Assembly: GCA_030770535.1 (NCBI GenBank)
Contig: JASVEC010000010.1
Coordinates: forward strand, 868,001-932,000
Length of the DNA stretch: 64,000 nucleotides
Direction: 5' to 3'
Source of the DNA: Batkoa obscura
Lineage: Eukaryota
Shown here: one piece after another, positions 62,286 to 64,000 of the stretch
How positions within the stretch are numbered: the first letter of the stretch is position 1
Layout of the letters: every line of letters starts with the position of its first letter
Notes under the pieces: model-generated
Database searches by the model: none
Seen by the model: the letters and a program-made list of their open reading frames with translations, nothing else
What the model was told of the DNA's origin: nothing
Translations under genes and position numbers: made by a program

Positions 62286-63297
62286 CTTTAAATTGAACAA
62301 ATCGGAGATTGATAAAAAAGTGAGTTAAATTTCTTAGATTATTTAAAATATAACTTTTAAATAAAAAAGTTAGTTCAATTCAATCCAAGTTGAAGTTGGT
62401 TTAAACATCCACGAAATCTGAGATACTTATGAGACAAATCCTAGCTTCCAGTTATTTGATTGGATGCTAATTGCGCATTCCAATCCAAAAAGAACAAAAT
62501 CCTACTATATAGACAAAAAGTTTAGAGTAACAGATGCTCTCTACATTTTGCTCAAAACTGCGAAATGTGCATTTGCATTTGACTAACTAACTTCTATTTT
62601 GCAATTAGTTTTAGGACCAAACATTCTTTCAAAAGTAGCAATTCGAGCTGTGAGCGTTGTTTTTGGTTGAAATAATGAAACTATTAAATTAGAACTTAAT
62701 AACGATACATGTTATATTACTTTCTTAATAAATTAGAGAATAATCATTATTTTAAAGTTATAATCCTTGATTTAATCCTTGATTGTCTTTTTATATAATA
62801 TTCAATAGGTTATTTTTTTATATTATAATATGTTATTAGATAAACCAAATTGAGCTATTATTTTTAGGACTAACACAACTAATTGATCAATCACAATATT
62901 AAGAAATTTTGAACACAAACTTAGTTTATTTAATAAGCTTAAAAATTACTGATCTAGTTACAATCTAAAAATAAATAATCCCCAAGACATTATCTACAAT
63001 AACGCTCTCTTCATCTTGATGCTACAACCATATCTGATTGATAGTAAATAACGATATTAATTTTGTTCTTTAGCAACTTAAAAACTTTCAATTCAAACAA
63101 GTAATTTTTATATTAAAATTTTTATTAGAGAAGGAAACAAAATTGAAAACTTGGGCAGGTCAATTGAATTCTAAATTCAATTTCAATAACATAATAATAC
63201 TTTAAACTTCATAAGAAAGCTAAGAGTAATGAGCTGTTCATCATAAAATTATTGCATGGTCAATAACCTTTGTACCAATAGCTTAATAATTCTTACT

Positions 63298-64000
63298 TTA
63301 TGGGTTACGTAAATAGCTATGGTGTTCATGTTGAGATCCATAAACGACAGAATCATGTTTAGGATAAGTTAAATAATCGTTAATAGGGGGAAGATAATGT
63401 TTCGAACTTCCATTCTGCATACTACTGCTTACCATCAGTGGTGGTGTTTTTGGGTCTTTGGATCCAACAGCCTGTCTTGAGGTTCCACAACAATTACTCA
63501 GATGAACTGTTGGTGCATGACAGCTCGTATTTTCTGGTGACTGAGTGGAAGTTAAAAATGATTTTGAGCTATCAAATGAGTGGGAGTTACTAGTATATTT
63601 TCCATGATAGTCACGCTTAGTACCGTAGTAAGGAAGTCCTTGATCGATTGGCTGTGTGCTATTTAAGTTGATCAGCTCAGGTCTTAAAGATGGAGCAGAA
63701 TAAGAGTTCTCTCTACTTCTAGTGGCCCCATGCCTTATCCTATACTCTGGTGGGTTTCTGGAATGACTATAAATAGGCTCGAAGGATGCAGTGTTATTTA
63801 TAAGGTCTTGAGTGTCATATAGAAGTTCATTAGCTAATTTTCTTCTACGACTTGCTCTGTCATCATAGTCATTTAAAGTATCTTGCAACATGTATTGAAA
63901 AGAAGATATCAGTTTCATTGCATTTTTTTGAAACTTTATATTTTGTTCAAATTGTTGTTGCAATTTAATAATAGTTTCATTCTGGGAAAATACTATTCTT
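63298..64000 (-). CDS. 3' end of a hypothetical protein (truncated by window edge)
   Basis: Open frame of >221 codons with higher GC than the intergenic DNA; S/P-rich; no recognisable domain. Confidence 0.5.
   Translation of the reverse strand, partial: RIVFSQNETIIKLQQQFEQNIKFQKNAMKLISSFQYMLQDTLNDYDDRASRRRKLANELLYDTQDLINNTASFEPIYSHSRNPPEYRIRHGATRSRENSYSAPSLRPELINLNSTQPIDQGLPYYGTKRDYHGKYTSNSHSFDSSKSFLTSTQSPENTSCHAPTVHLSNCCGTSRQAVGSKDPKTPPLMVSSSMQNGSSKHYLPPINDYLTYPKHDSVVYGSQHEHHSYLRNP

Overview
Very AT-rich eukaryotic genomic DNA with short GT-AG introns and fungal-type genes. It is most likely an early-diverging fungus; this is an inference from gene content and composition, not a confirmed identification. 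About 22 protein-coding genes are recognisable: CWC27 3' end, ferrochelatase, CLASP/Stu1, dolichol kinase, MSS51, a bHLH factor, NTF2, a DUF1308 protein, a fungal-specific TF, DIS3L2, a C2H2 TF, an alpha/beta hydrolase, glutathione synthetase, an SPX-RING E3, a membrane-fused spermidine-synthase-like methyltransferase, an MTA1/AMT1-type MT-A70 DNA 6mA methyltransferase, acyl-CoA oxidase, an AA11-like LPMO, RPC25, PRP8 and two hypotheticals. The outstanding feature is an intron-less PRP8 gene (3867 aa from the first ATG) interrupted by FOUR in-frame inteins of 395, 418, 241 and 458 aa. Removing them gives a normal-sized 2355-aa Prp8. They comprise a mini-intein at the canonical FWEKA|SGFE site and three LAGLIDADG-type inteins at other sites in different states of endonuclease decay. 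One is colinear with yeast PI-SceI/VDE and sits where Ser replaces the usual host Ala. The window also holds about 15 copies of a ~105-bp TIR-bounded MITE, two copies of a second ~143-bp foldback element, and a DIS3L2 gene with two single-base frameshifts.
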